A DNA stretch of 64,000 nucleotides from an uncultured Planctomycetales bacterium (GCA_964535935.1 CAZHWM010000007.1:37708-101707); one strand, 5' to 3'; positions 18,916-27,589 are shown, numbered from the stretch's first letter. The notes: a model not told the origin generated them from the letters alone. Numbers and translations: made by a program.

Positions 18916-18947
18916 AAAAAAAGCCTATCCCACTCATAGGGATAGGC
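18916..18947 (-). terminator. Intrinsic terminator, candidate expression platform of the c-di-GMP riboswitch
   Basis: Minus strand reads GCCUAUCCC-UAUGAGU-GGGAUAGGC followed by UUUUUUU, 27 nt downstream of the aptamer and about 260 nt upstream of the pilin ATG. Confidence 0.75.
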
Positions 18948-18974
18948 ATAATACTTCAACTTCTTTTATTTTTA

Positions 18975-19049
18975 CGGCAACTGGCTACCCTGAAGATAAT
19001 TATTTCAGGGCCCTATAGCTTTGTGTCCCACCCTTACGAATGGTTTACC
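18975..19049 (-). promoter_or_regulatory. c-di-GMP-I (GEMM-I) riboswitch aptamer
   Basis: Minus strand reads GGUAAACCAUUCGUAAGGGUGGGACACAAAGCUAUAGGGCCCUGAAAUAAUUAUCUUCAGGGUAGCCAGUUGCCG. This aligns with the V. cholerae Vc2 aptamer GGCAAACCAUUCGAAAGAGUGGGACGCAAAGCC...GGUAGGUAGCGGGGUUACCG. Shared features are a GNRA-capped hairpin CCAUUC-GUAA-GGGUGG, the GGGAC(R)CAAAGC core, a second hairpin CCCUGAA/UUCAGGG, and a closing helix GGUAA/UUGCC. Confidence 0.8.
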
Positions 19050-19081
19050 TTTTTCGTTAATTCTGTTAATTGTCCATTGAA

Positions 19082-19110
19082 AGTATAACATGCTATATCA
19101 ATGTTGTCAA
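19082..19110 (-). promoter_or_regulatory. Sigma70 promoter driving the riboswitch-pilin leader
   Basis: Minus strand reads TTGACA (19110..19105), a 17-nt spacer, then TATACT (19087..19082), about 25 nt upstream of the aptamer. Confidence 0.6.
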
Positions 19111-19271
19111 TGTCATCACCTATAACATAAAAATCAAGCCCCCTAGATCATAATCTAAAAATTTGTAATATATTAAAAATGTCCCTAAAACAATAACACA
19201 AATAATAAACTAATAAAAAATCCTTTAATAATTTTGTATTCAATCAGTTGCATGATCTACTGAATTTTCAT

Positions 19272-20309
19272 CTATTTTTGTATTTCTAATAGTTCTTTTT
19301 TTAAAGTCTTATTTTCATTATGAATAATAGATAAATTCTTTTTAAGACTATCCACATCCTCGCCTACACTTACAAGATTTTCTGTCTCCTCTATCTTTTT
19401 TTTTAGTTTTGTTATTAATTCATTTAATTCACGTTTTCGTGTTCTTAATTTTTCAATTTCCATCTCTATCTTTGACAAACTAACATTATTTGTCTCTCGT
19501 AAAGCCTTTATCTGTGACTGTAAAATTTTTTCATCGTCTAATGCTGTTTTATATTCCTTCTCCAATTCAGCAAGAGTGTTCTTTAATATCTTATTTTCTC
19601 CCTCTAGGTCATCAAGCTCTCTTAAAGGAACAGCATATTTCCTACAAATTAATTGTTTTTCTCTTTTTAGTGAAATTGTATTCTTTTTTCTTTTCTCTAT
19701 AGACTCAATAAGTCGTTGCTTTTCTTCTATAAATTTATTATTTTCATCTGAAGAAAGAATTTTTATTTCCTTTTTTATTGTTTCAACATCCTCTTGCAAT
19801 TTCTTCGCTTGTTTTTTTAACTTATCAATCTGTTGTTGATTAGCATTTATCTTAGCTATCAGAGATAATCTTTCTTTGTCTAACCCAGAAACATTTTGAT
19901 TTACTGTTGGTAACTTCTTTTCTAAAGAATTACTTTCTTCTAATTTATCAGACAGATAACTTGAAAGTTTATTCTTCTCTTTTATGAGAATTTCTTTCTC
20001 TTGCAAAAGTTTGTCATATCTTTTTTTTAAATTATCTATCTGCTCTTGAAATATTTTTATTTTCGTAGAGAGCCATTTATTACGCTGCTTTACCTTATCG
20101 GCACTCTCCTTAAGACTCCGTAGACTCTGTTCTAAAAGAGCCATAATAGAAACATGATGCCTTGAAATTTGAGAAAAGGAAGATGTGCTCCATGAAAAAA
20201 CAACGATACAAACAACCGACATAAAATAAATTCTTTTTATACCCTTTATAAATAAAAAAGCGAAAATATTTCTATTTCTTCTATATATTTTATTTCTTAT
20301 TATAGACAT
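19272..20309 (-). CDS. Membrane-anchored/secreted long coiled-coil protein, unknown function
   Basis: 345 aa. N-terminal hydrophobic segment (MSVVCIVVFSWSTSSFS), then about 300 aa of K/E/L/Q-rich heptad-like sequence. I recognise no catalytic motif. Located between pilC and the pilin leader. Confidence 0.6.
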   Translation of the reverse strand: MSIIRNKIYRRNRNIFAFLFIKGIKRIYFMSVVCIVVFSWSTSSFSQISRHHVSIMALLEQSLRSLKESADKVKQRNKWLSTKIKIFQEQIDNLKKRYDKLLQEKEILIKEKNKLSSYLSDKLEESNSLEKKLPTVNQNVSGLDKERLSLIAKINANQQQIDKLKKQAKKLQEDVETIKKEIKILSSDENNKFIEEKQRLIESIEKRKKNTISLKREKQLICRKYAVPLRELDDLEGENKILKNTLAELEKEYKTALDDEKILQSQIKALRETNNVSLSKIEMEIEKLRTRKRELNELITKLKKKIEETENLVSVGEDVDSLKKNLSIIHNENKTLKKELLEIQK

Positions 20310-20322
20310 CTTATCTTCCTTT

Positions 20323-21540
20323 TTATTTTATCAGACTAGTAATATTCATTATAGGCATAAATAAAGCTATTACAATAAAACCTATCATGATACCAAGCAC
20401 TCCTATTATAAGGGGTTCTATGATACTGGTAAGACCCTCTACTGCCGCATCCACCTGATCATCGTAAAACTCTGCTATCTTAAGAAGCATCTTATCCAAC
20501 TGCCCTGATTTTTCGCCTATAGCTATCATACGTGTCACCATGGAAGGAAACACTGGACTCTTTGCTAGTGGGGCTGCAAGACTTTCCCCCTCACGGACAC
20601 TATTTTTTACCTCTTCCACCACATTCTCTAAAAGTCTATTTCCTATAGTTCTTAAAAGGATGTCAAATGATTCTAATATTGGGACACCGCTCTGTAGTAA
20701 TGTAGCTAGAGTCCGGCAAAATCTACTTATAGCTACTTTACGTAAAAGCTCACCAAATAATGGAAGTTTAAGTATCGCGCTATCTATCGCTAACGCCCCT
20801 TTATCTGTCTTATACCATTTTCTTAATCCAAATACAACTATACTAATGCCTCCTACAAAAAACAAAAGTTGCCGTTTCAAGACATCGCTTATAGTAATAA
20901 GTAGTTTTGTCATAACTGGCAACTCTTGATCAAATGAACTATATATTTGAGCAAAAGTAGGAACAACCTTTACCAAGAGTCCTACCGTTATAAGAATAGC
21001 CATAGACACTACAACTGCCGGATACATCATAGCAGATTGTACCTTACGTTTTAACTTAAGGCTTTTCTCCATATAAGCAGCAACTCGATCTAAGACTATA
21101 TGTAATACTCCTCCTGTCTCCCCAACCTTCACCATATTTACAAAAAACACATCAAATACCCGAGGATATTTAGCAAAAGCAGCTGAAAGACTGCTGCCTG
21201 TTTGAATATCATCATGCACATTGTTAAGCACTTTTTTAAACACCGGATGGTTAATCTGCTCACGTAACGCATCTAAGGCCTGTACAATAGGAATACCTGC
21301 CTCTATCATAGTAGCCAATTGCCTACAAAATATAACTATCTCATCCGGTTTAATCTTCTTATTCTTAAATAGGCTACCCTCACCCCCCTTTGCTGAAGCG
21401 CCTTTTAGCTCTTCTACAGATATAATAATAAGATTCCTCTTTCTGAGTTCTTCTACAACAGCAGACTTACTTTCAGCTGCTATTTTACCAATTATAGTCT
21501 TAGCCTCGTTATTTTTAGCTGTATATTTAAAAGTGGCCAT
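20323..21540 (-). CDS. pilC: Type IV pilus platform protein PilC (GspF family)
   Basis: 405 aa. Duplicated GspF domain (FCRQLATMIEAGIPIVQAL and FCRTLATLLQSGVPILESF) with three TM segments. Confidence 0.95.
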   Translation of the reverse strand: MATFKYTAKNNEAKTIIGKIAAESKSAVVEELRKRNLIIISVEELKGASAKGGEGSLFKNKKIKPDEIVIFCRQLATMIEAGIPIVQALDALREQINHPVFKKVLNNVHDDIQTGSSLSAAFAKYPRVFDVFFVNMVKVGETGGVLHIVLDRVAAYMEKSLKLKRKVQSAMMYPAVVVSMAILITVGLLVKVVPTFAQIYSSFDQELPVMTKLLITISDVLKRQLLFFVGGISIVVFGLRKWYKTDKGALAIDSAILKLPLFGELLRKVAISRFCRTLATLLQSGVPILESFDILLRTIGNRLLENVVEEVKNSVREGESLAAPLAKSPVFPSMVTRMIAIGEKSGQLDKMLLKIAEFYDDQVDAAVEGLTSIIEPLIIGVLGIMIGFIVIALFMPIMNITSLIK

Positions 21541-21561
21541 CCAGTCTCTCCTAAATAAATA

Positions 21562-23274
21562 TTATTCATCTGCTGTAACACGTATAACCTCTTCTAGTGT
21601 TGTAAACCCTGCTATACATTTAGACATCGCATCATCCCATAAAGTAGCCATTTCTTTATTTTTACGTGCATATCCTTTTATTTCGTCTGAAGACTTTCCT
21701 CTTAATAAAAGATTTCTAATTTCGTCATCTACATCTAACACTTCTGTAACACACATCCTTCCTAGATATCCAGTATTACGACAAACATCACAGCCTTCCC
21801 CCTTATATAAAGTTATCCCCGATTTAAATTTATCTGTTAGATTCAATTTCTCTAATATTAGGTCTGTATCTTTTCTCTCTTGTTTGCAATGGGGGCATAT
21901 TCTTCGACACAATCTCTGTGCACTAATACATACAATACTTGATGCCACAAGAAATGGCTCTACCTGCATGTCTATCAACCTAGTCAAAGCACCGGCAGCA
22001 TCATTTGTATGCAAAGTAGAAAAAACTAATTGTCCTGTAAGTGATGCCTTAATTGCTATATCTGCAGTCTCATTATCCCTTATTTCTCCTACCATGACAA
22101 TATCTGGACTCTGCCGTAATATAGCACGCAAGCCCTCTGCAAAAGTTAAACCTATTTCTGGCCTGGTCTGTATCTGTGTAAGACCTTCTATCAAATATTC
22201 CACCGGATCTTCTACTGTTATAATATTTTTGTCCACTGTATTCAACTCGTTTATAATTGAATATAAAGTAGTGGACTTTCCACTCCCAGTAGGGCCAGTA
22301 ACTAAAATCATCCCAAACGGCTTCCTGATGGCCTCCTGAAGTATCGCCAAAGCATTCTCCGATATACCAAGTTCACTTAGGCCAACAGAAAGATTACCTT
22401 TATCAAGCACACGCATAACAACCTTCTGCCCAAATGTTGTAGGCAACAATGATACACGAAAATCAATCTCTTTATTTGATATACGCATCTTAAACCTACC
22501 ATCCTGTGGAATCTGGTTAACAGTAATATCCAATTTTGACATAATTTTTATTCTCACAATAACTGCATTCTGATTTTCTTTAGGTATTGTTAAAACATCA
22601 TGTAAGACGCCATCAACCCGAAACCTAACCCTCACGGCATCTGCCATGGGTTCTATATGTATATCAGAAGCTCGCTGCTTTACTGCCTCTTTTACTATAA
22701 GGTTGACCATACGTACAATAGGGGCTCGCTCACTTTCATCAACAACATTATCATCTGCAGTTTCGTCATGATCACTTACAATCTCAAAATCATCTATTTT
22801 TATATCCTTGCTTATATCTGTCACAGTTGTCTCAGTGGGGATACCGTAATAGTTATCAATAGTCTTAGATATCTCGGAATCTGTACTCATCACCACATCA
22901 ATATCTTTACCTGTGATATTATGCAAATCATCCGTAACAAATACATTTAATGGATCAGACATAGCAATAGTTATAGTATTATCTAATGCCGATAAGGGGA
23001 CAATATGGTACTGCCTTGCAACATTTTCTGGAATAATTTCTTGAAGAGAAGGATCTATCTTATATTTCTTAAGATTAATAAAAGGCACATTAAGCTCACG
23101 AACTAGCAAACTCAACAAATCTTCCTCATTTATGAGCCCTCGCTCTAACAATGCCTTATCAAAACTTATTGCCTTCTGTTCAGCAAGTCTCTGGACATCC
23201 TGTATATCCTTTTCTTTCAATTGCTTTGAGGCAATCAGGGCCTTTATAATTTTATCTTTTAATGTCTCCGCCAT
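21562..23274 (-). CDS. pilB: PilB/GspE-family pilus extension ATPase (copy 1)
   Basis: 570 aa. T2SSE_N region, Walker A GPTGSGKST, Asp box, Walker B IVMVGEIRD, His box, and a tetracysteine CPHC...CDVC. Confidence 0.95.
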   Translation of the reverse strand: MAETLKDKIIKALIASKQLKEKDIQDVQRLAEQKAISFDKALLERGLINEEDLLSLLVRELNVPFINLKKYKIDPSLQEIIPENVARQYHIVPLSALDNTITIAMSDPLNVFVTDDLHNITGKDIDVVMSTDSEISKTIDNYYGIPTETTVTDISKDIKIDDFEIVSDHDETADDNVVDESERAPIVRMVNLIVKEAVKQRASDIHIEPMADAVRVRFRVDGVLHDVLTIPKENQNAVIVRIKIMSKLDITVNQIPQDGRFKMRISNKEIDFRVSLLPTTFGQKVVMRVLDKGNLSVGLSELGISENALAILQEAIRKPFGMILVTGPTGSGKSTTLYSIINELNTVDKNIITVEDPVEYLIEGLTQIQTRPEIGLTFAEGLRAILRQSPDIVMVGEIRDNETADIAIKASLTGQLVFSTLHTNDAAGALTRLIDMQVEPFLVASSIVCISAQRLCRRICPHCKQERKDTDLILEKLNLTDKFKSGITLYKGEGCDVCRNTGYLGRMCVTEVLDVDDEIRNLLLRGKSSDEIKGYARKNKEMATLWDDAMSKCIAGFTTLEEVIRVTADE

Positions 23275-23333
23275 AATAAAAAATAAATTTTTAACTGATT
23301 AAATATCAGGTTAAAAAATATAAAAAGATACTT

Positions 23334-25091
23334 TCATCCCTCAACTCTATGAAGTGGATCATCTGGAGCGGTTACCCTTAAGACTTCCTCAAGAGTTGTC
23401 AAGCCTTTAGCAGCCTTAGCCAATCCATCCTCCCGCATAGTCTTCATACCCTCCGCACGAGCTACTTGTTTAATCTCAAATTCACCTGCCCTTTGTAATA
23501 TATATTCTTTTATTCGTGCAGATAAAACACAAATTTCAGTAATGCCTACCCGCCCTTTATATCCTGTATTAAAACATTCATCACATCCTCTGCCTTTATA
23601 AAATTGGATATCGCCTTCCTTTAAATATTGTGCAATGCCTATCCTTTTAGCGATATCTTCCGGCACATTATATAGTTCTTTACATTTAGGACATATCCGC
23701 CTTAAAAGCCTCTGGGCAACAATAGCAAGTACAGATGAACATATAAGAAAAGGTTCTATTCCCATATTCATCATACGTATAACCGAGCCTGCCGCTGTTG
23801 TCGTATGCAATGAACTTAAAACCAAATGTCCTGTAAGTGCTGCCTTTACAGCTATATCTAATGTCTCTGAATCCCGTATCTCACCTATCATAATTATATC
23901 AGGGTCCTGCCTTAAAATCGAACGTAAACATACAGGGAAGGTTAACCCCATAGAAGATTTTATATTTACCTGATTAAGCCCTGGCATCTCATATTCAACA
24001 GGATCCTCTACTGTAACGATATTTTTCTCCGGGGAATCTACAAACTTAAGAATAGAATATAGAGTAGTGGTCTTACCACTACCTGTTGGGCCACAGGTTA
24101 AAATCATACCATGTGGTTTTACTACACACTCCTTAAGTCGTTTCATAGATTCTGGTTCAAACCCTAATTTATCTATATTAAGCACTGAACTATCTTGATC
24201 AAGCACTCGTAATACAATCTTTTCGCCCAAAACGGTAGGGAGGACATTAACTCTAAAATCAACTTCATGATCCCCTGAAATAATCATCTTAAACCTTCCA
24301 TCCTGTGGGATCCTGTGTTCAGAGATATCCAAATTCGATATTACCTTAAACCTCGAAATAAGAGGGGAAAGAAGGACTTTCGCCATTCGGTCTATTTCCC
24401 GTATCACACCGTCCACACGGTATCTGATACGCATAGACTTCTCTAGCGGCTCTATAAATACATCACTTGCTCCTGCCATAACTGCCTGTTTGATAATTGT
24501 ATCTGCCAATTTAATTATAGGTGCTTCCTCTGTTAACTCCTCCACTATTTCTTGACTTTGAGAAGAATCTATATCCTTAACCAATTCAAGATCCTCTGTA
24601 TCCCTAATATCCTGCATGATCTCATCGAATGTTTCCGTTTTTTCATCAGAAGCTTGCTCTTGCTTATAATAACTATCCAAAACAGCCTCTATTTCCTTAG
24701 GGGAGCTAATGACAGGAATTATTGAATATCCTGTAAGTGCTTTTAAATTGTCTATTGCAAAAATATTAAGAGGGTCAGCCATCGCCACAGTCAAATGCTC
24801 CCCTATAAGAGAAATGGGCACAAGCTGATAATTACGACACACCTTAGAGGGGATAATTTTTATTATAGAAGAGTCCAATTTAACACAGGAAACCTTGATA
24901 ATAGGGATACCAAGTCCCTCACTCAATACCTGTCTGAGAGTATCCTCATCTACTAATTTCATCTTCAAGAGAATCTTCCCAAGTTCTTCTCCTGTCTTAG
25001 CCTGCTCATCCAATGCACGACTCAGGTCCTCAGAAGATATAATACCATCACGAATAAATATAGCTTTTAAGCGATCGTTTAAAGATGCCAT
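23334..25091 (-). CDS. PilB/GspE-family ATPase (copy 2) with MshEN-like N-terminus
   Basis: 585 aa. N-terminal RLKAIFIRDGIISSEDLSRALDEQ-AKTGE-ELGKILLKMKLVDEDTLRQVL, Walker A GPTGSGKTT, Walker B IIMIGEIRD, and CPKC...CDEC. Confidence 0.93.
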   Translation of the reverse strand: MASLNDRLKAIFIRDGIISSEDLSRALDEQAKTGEELGKILLKMKLVDEDTLRQVLSEGLGIPIIKVSCVKLDSSIIKIIPSKVCRNYQLVPISLIGEHLTVAMADPLNIFAIDNLKALTGYSIIPVISSPKEIEAVLDSYYKQEQASDEKTETFDEIMQDIRDTEDLELVKDIDSSQSQEIVEELTEEAPIIKLADTIIKQAVMAGASDVFIEPLEKSMRIRYRVDGVIREIDRMAKVLLSPLISRFKVISNLDISEHRIPQDGRFKMIISGDHEVDFRVNVLPTVLGEKIVLRVLDQDSSVLNIDKLGFEPESMKRLKECVVKPHGMILTCGPTGSGKTTTLYSILKFVDSPEKNIVTVEDPVEYEMPGLNQVNIKSSMGLTFPVCLRSILRQDPDIIMIGEIRDSETLDIAVKAALTGHLVLSSLHTTTAAGSVIRMMNMGIEPFLICSSVLAIVAQRLLRRICPKCKELYNVPEDIAKRIGIAQYLKEGDIQFYKGRGCDECFNTGYKGRVGITEICVLSARIKEYILQRAGEFEIKQVARAEGMKTMREDGLAKAAKGLTTLEEVLRVTAPDDPLHRVEG

Positions 25092-25165
25092 TATGATTTT
25101 TTATGGTAGGCAATTAAGTAGTTGTTCCTAATTTTAAATAATAACTAAAATTATAACAAAACTTA

Positions 25166-25609
25166 TCATATATAATATTTATCTATAGCCTGTCTTATCT
25201 CTGTAGCAGTGGCAACAAACACCTGAACAATACAGCCAGTAATCACCTCCACATCCTCTACCGCCTGCATATTTAAAGGATTCGACATAGCCAAAGTAAG
25301 ACTTTTACCAATCTTATCAATTGGAACAAGACAATACTGCTGGCATAAGTTCTTAGGCACAGAACCTATTACTTCCGGATCTATTTCATAATTTGCTAAC
25401 GGAAGATACGGAAAACCATACTGACATGTCAGTGCCTGAGCAATATCCTTCTCAGTACAAAACTTCAACTCAACCAAAACCTCTCCTATAAGCCCCCCCT
25501 GCCTCTTCCAATATTCTAGGGCATTATTTAACTGCTCATGGGTAATAACACCCCTCTCTATCAGAAGCTCCCCTATCTTCTTTTTGGTTGTTCTTGTATA
25601 ACTCTTCAT
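25166..25609 (-). CDS. Stand-alone PilB/GspE N-terminal domain protein (MshEN-like + T2SSE_N, no ATPase)
   Basis: 147 aa. KIGELLIERGVITHEQLNNALEYW-KRQGG-LIGEVLVELKFCTEKDIAQALTCQ is followed by a T2SSE_N-type segment (YGFPYLPL...LVPIDKIGKSLTLAMSNPLNMQAVEDVEVITGCIV). Confidence 0.75.
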   Translation of the reverse strand: MKSYTRTTKKKIGELLIERGVITHEQLNNALEYWKRQGGLIGEVLVELKFCTEKDIAQALTCQYGFPYLPLANYEIDPEVIGSVPKNLCQQYCLVPIDKIGKSLTLAMSNPLNMQAVEDVEVITGCIVQVFVATATEIRQAIDKYYI

Positions 25610-25705
25610 TTCCCTAGTTTAAATCAAATTTATAATATATGCGTATTCTACAATAGTTAAACAAATATAACAATTATTTTATTATTCTAATTATTCTCTC
25701 AACGC

Positions 25706-26767
25706 TTATTGAAGATCCGTCTCAGATAACAAAACCTCCCTCCAAAACTTTATATGCTCATTACGATCAAAAACAGCATCAATCCTAAGACATGTATCAA
25801 CATTATCTATCATGCCAAAACTATGACATGAAAAATAATTTGACCGTACACATAATAAATTTGCAGAAACGACAGTTTGCAATTGTGATAATTCATTTAT
25901 ATCCAACCCTTCTTCCCTACTTAATGTACTTGATATAGTAGATGGACTCTTAAAAACATTATCATCTTTCGTTGCAGGCAAGCCATCTTCGCCATTACGA
26001 AAATGAATCAACTTCTCAACAAGACTATCACTCATCCCTAAACTCTCTAACACCAACATATCGGCAGTATTGACGTTCACCGCACCCGTACCAAATATAG
26101 TCAATCTATCTCTTACTTTGCCAAATATATCACGGTCCATGCCTTTTACCAAAAGAAGTTCCTCTAACGACTCAAAATTGGAATTCTTGCAAGGATACCC
26201 CGGCCTTAAATTAGAATAATAACTAGTCTCTGCTCCATCATCTTCCGGTTCATCATCTTTATCCCTCCAATCAATAATTGATGATGCTATCTCCCTGGCC
26301 TTCTGAGAGCTAATACCTGCTACTGTTTCAAAAAACCGTTTAAGCACTTCAAAAGGGGCTGTATTAATATTTATCTTACGCTCCTCGTCTACAAGTCCAT
26401 ACAACTGTATCATATCATCCCCATCTCCATTAGGCCAAAAACTCATTATACTAAAACTACCATTCCCTAGTTGAATACATTTAAATTCTTTCTCATTATT
26501 ACTCCATAAATCATTTAAAGCATCATACTCTGCATCATCTTTACCCAATACATACATAGCCTTTTCCACTCCTGCCGTAGCAAGATAATACATCTCTGTA
26601 TGCCTTGCTATTTTACTAGCAACATTTAGCTGCGGCCATAAATACGCGTGAATCGCAACAGCTAGCATACTTAAAAAAAACAACATCCATAAAACTATAA
26701 ATAGTATACTACCTCTTTGAGTTTTCCTATTTTTATAATTCAAATTTATATCATAACCATACTGCAT
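25706..26767 (-). CDS. GspK-like minor pseudopilin
   Basis: 353 aa. N-terminus QRGSILFIVLWMLFFLSMLAVA (pseudopilin-like helix without Glu+5, as in GspK) and two helix-hairpin-helix-like NxNTA motifs (ININTAPFEVLKRF, VNVNTADMLVLESLG). Confidence 0.65.
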   Translation of the reverse strand: MQYGYDINLNYKNRKTQRGSILFIVLWMLFFLSMLAVAIHAYLWPQLNVASKIARHTEMYYLATAGVEKAMYVLGKDDAEYDALNDLWSNNEKEFKCIQLGNGSFSIMSFWPNGDGDDMIQLYGLVDEERKININTAPFEVLKRFFETVAGISSQKAREIASSIIDWRDKDDEPEDDGAETSYYSNLRPGYPCKNSNFESLEELLLVKGMDRDIFGKVRDRLTIFGTGAVNVNTADMLVLESLGMSDSLVEKLIHFRNGEDGLPATKDDNVFKSPSTISSTLSREEGLDINELSQLQTVVSANLLCVRSNYFSCHSFGMIDNVDTCLRIDAVFDRNEHIKFWREVLLSETDLQ

Positions 26768-26956
26768 AAAAACCTTTCAAAATACAATACTTCTACTACC
26801 TCTATCAATGCTATTATAATTTATTATAATATCTACATAAACAGTGCACAAACACCCATCTTATAGTGATAAAAAATAATTTCATTACATAAAATAGACT
26901 AAATAATATTATATACTCTGCATTATTCCCTTTAATCTTTCAATAGCTAAATAAAA

Positions 26957-27589
26957 TCATATGGCTACTGGGATTAATATTACTTTCGACCAAACATAAT
27001 CTCTCCCGGCTGAATTAAATTCGATTCTCACCATAACAGCTTTGGGTATCCCATCTTTGCTAACCCATTTATCTTTCCACTCATATTCTCCCTCAGAATT
27101 AATATAAAGATATTTGAATAACATCTGTTTTACATGAAAAAGCCTCCTTCTGTTTGTAATAGTATTCCCTTCTTTAGACACGGCTAAAGGGTAGGTTTGT
27201 TCAGCCTTCACTAAATAACCAGTGTGCTTATCAAAATAATAATATATCCTACCAACACTAACCTTACTCTTCTCACCGGTGCCCATCCTAACCAATCCTG
27301 GGAAAGACAGGCTATTATTACTTCCAGAAAAACCTATACTGGAAAAATAAAAAATACTTCTAATATCTCGTTCTATGTGCTCAAAAAACAATACCGCATT
27401 TACCTGCTGATTTCCATATTCTTTTACTCTATTATATATATCTAATCCTCTAGAAAAAACAGAGACTATAGAAACAGATATAATTCCAAAGATAGAAACT
27501 GCAATGAGCAATTCTATTAATGTAAATCCTTTTAAATAAAGGCGACTAATATTTTTGTTCTTTATACAAAAATGTATTCTTATCAACAT
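26957..27589 (-). CDS. Prepilin-type N-terminal cleavage/methylation domain protein (minor pseudopilin, GspJ/PilW-like)
   Basis: 210 aa. Leader ...LYLKG then FTLIELLIAVSIFGIISV (G-1, F+1, E+5). Confidence 0.7.
   Translation of the reverse strand: MLIRIHFCIKNKNISRLYLKGFTLIELLIAVSIFGIISVSIVSVFSRGLDIYNRVKEYGNQQVNAVLFFEHIERDIRSIFYFSSIGFSGSNNSLSFPGLVRMGTGEKSKVSVGRIYYYFDKHTGYLVKAEQTYPLAVSKEGNTITNRRRLFHVKQMLFKYLYINSEGEYEWKDKWVSKDGIPKAVMVRIEFNSAGRDYVWSKVILIPVAI

Noticed and set aside
18849-19088. 79-aa plus-strand ORF in the gap upstream of the pilin gene.
   Set aside because: It lies antisense to the promoter, riboswitch and terminator module, which explains the region far better. It has no RBS, and the peptide is hydrophobic low-complexity sequence.
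21221-22339. 372-aa plus-strand ORF spanning the pilC-pilB junction, the longest ORF on that strand.
   Set aside because: It is entirely antisense to two well-supported genes (PilC N-terminus, PilB C-terminus). Its product is low-complexity, Ser/Leu/Ile-rich sequence with no motif, RBS or promoter. This is a typical shadow ORF of an AT-rich, codon-biased region.
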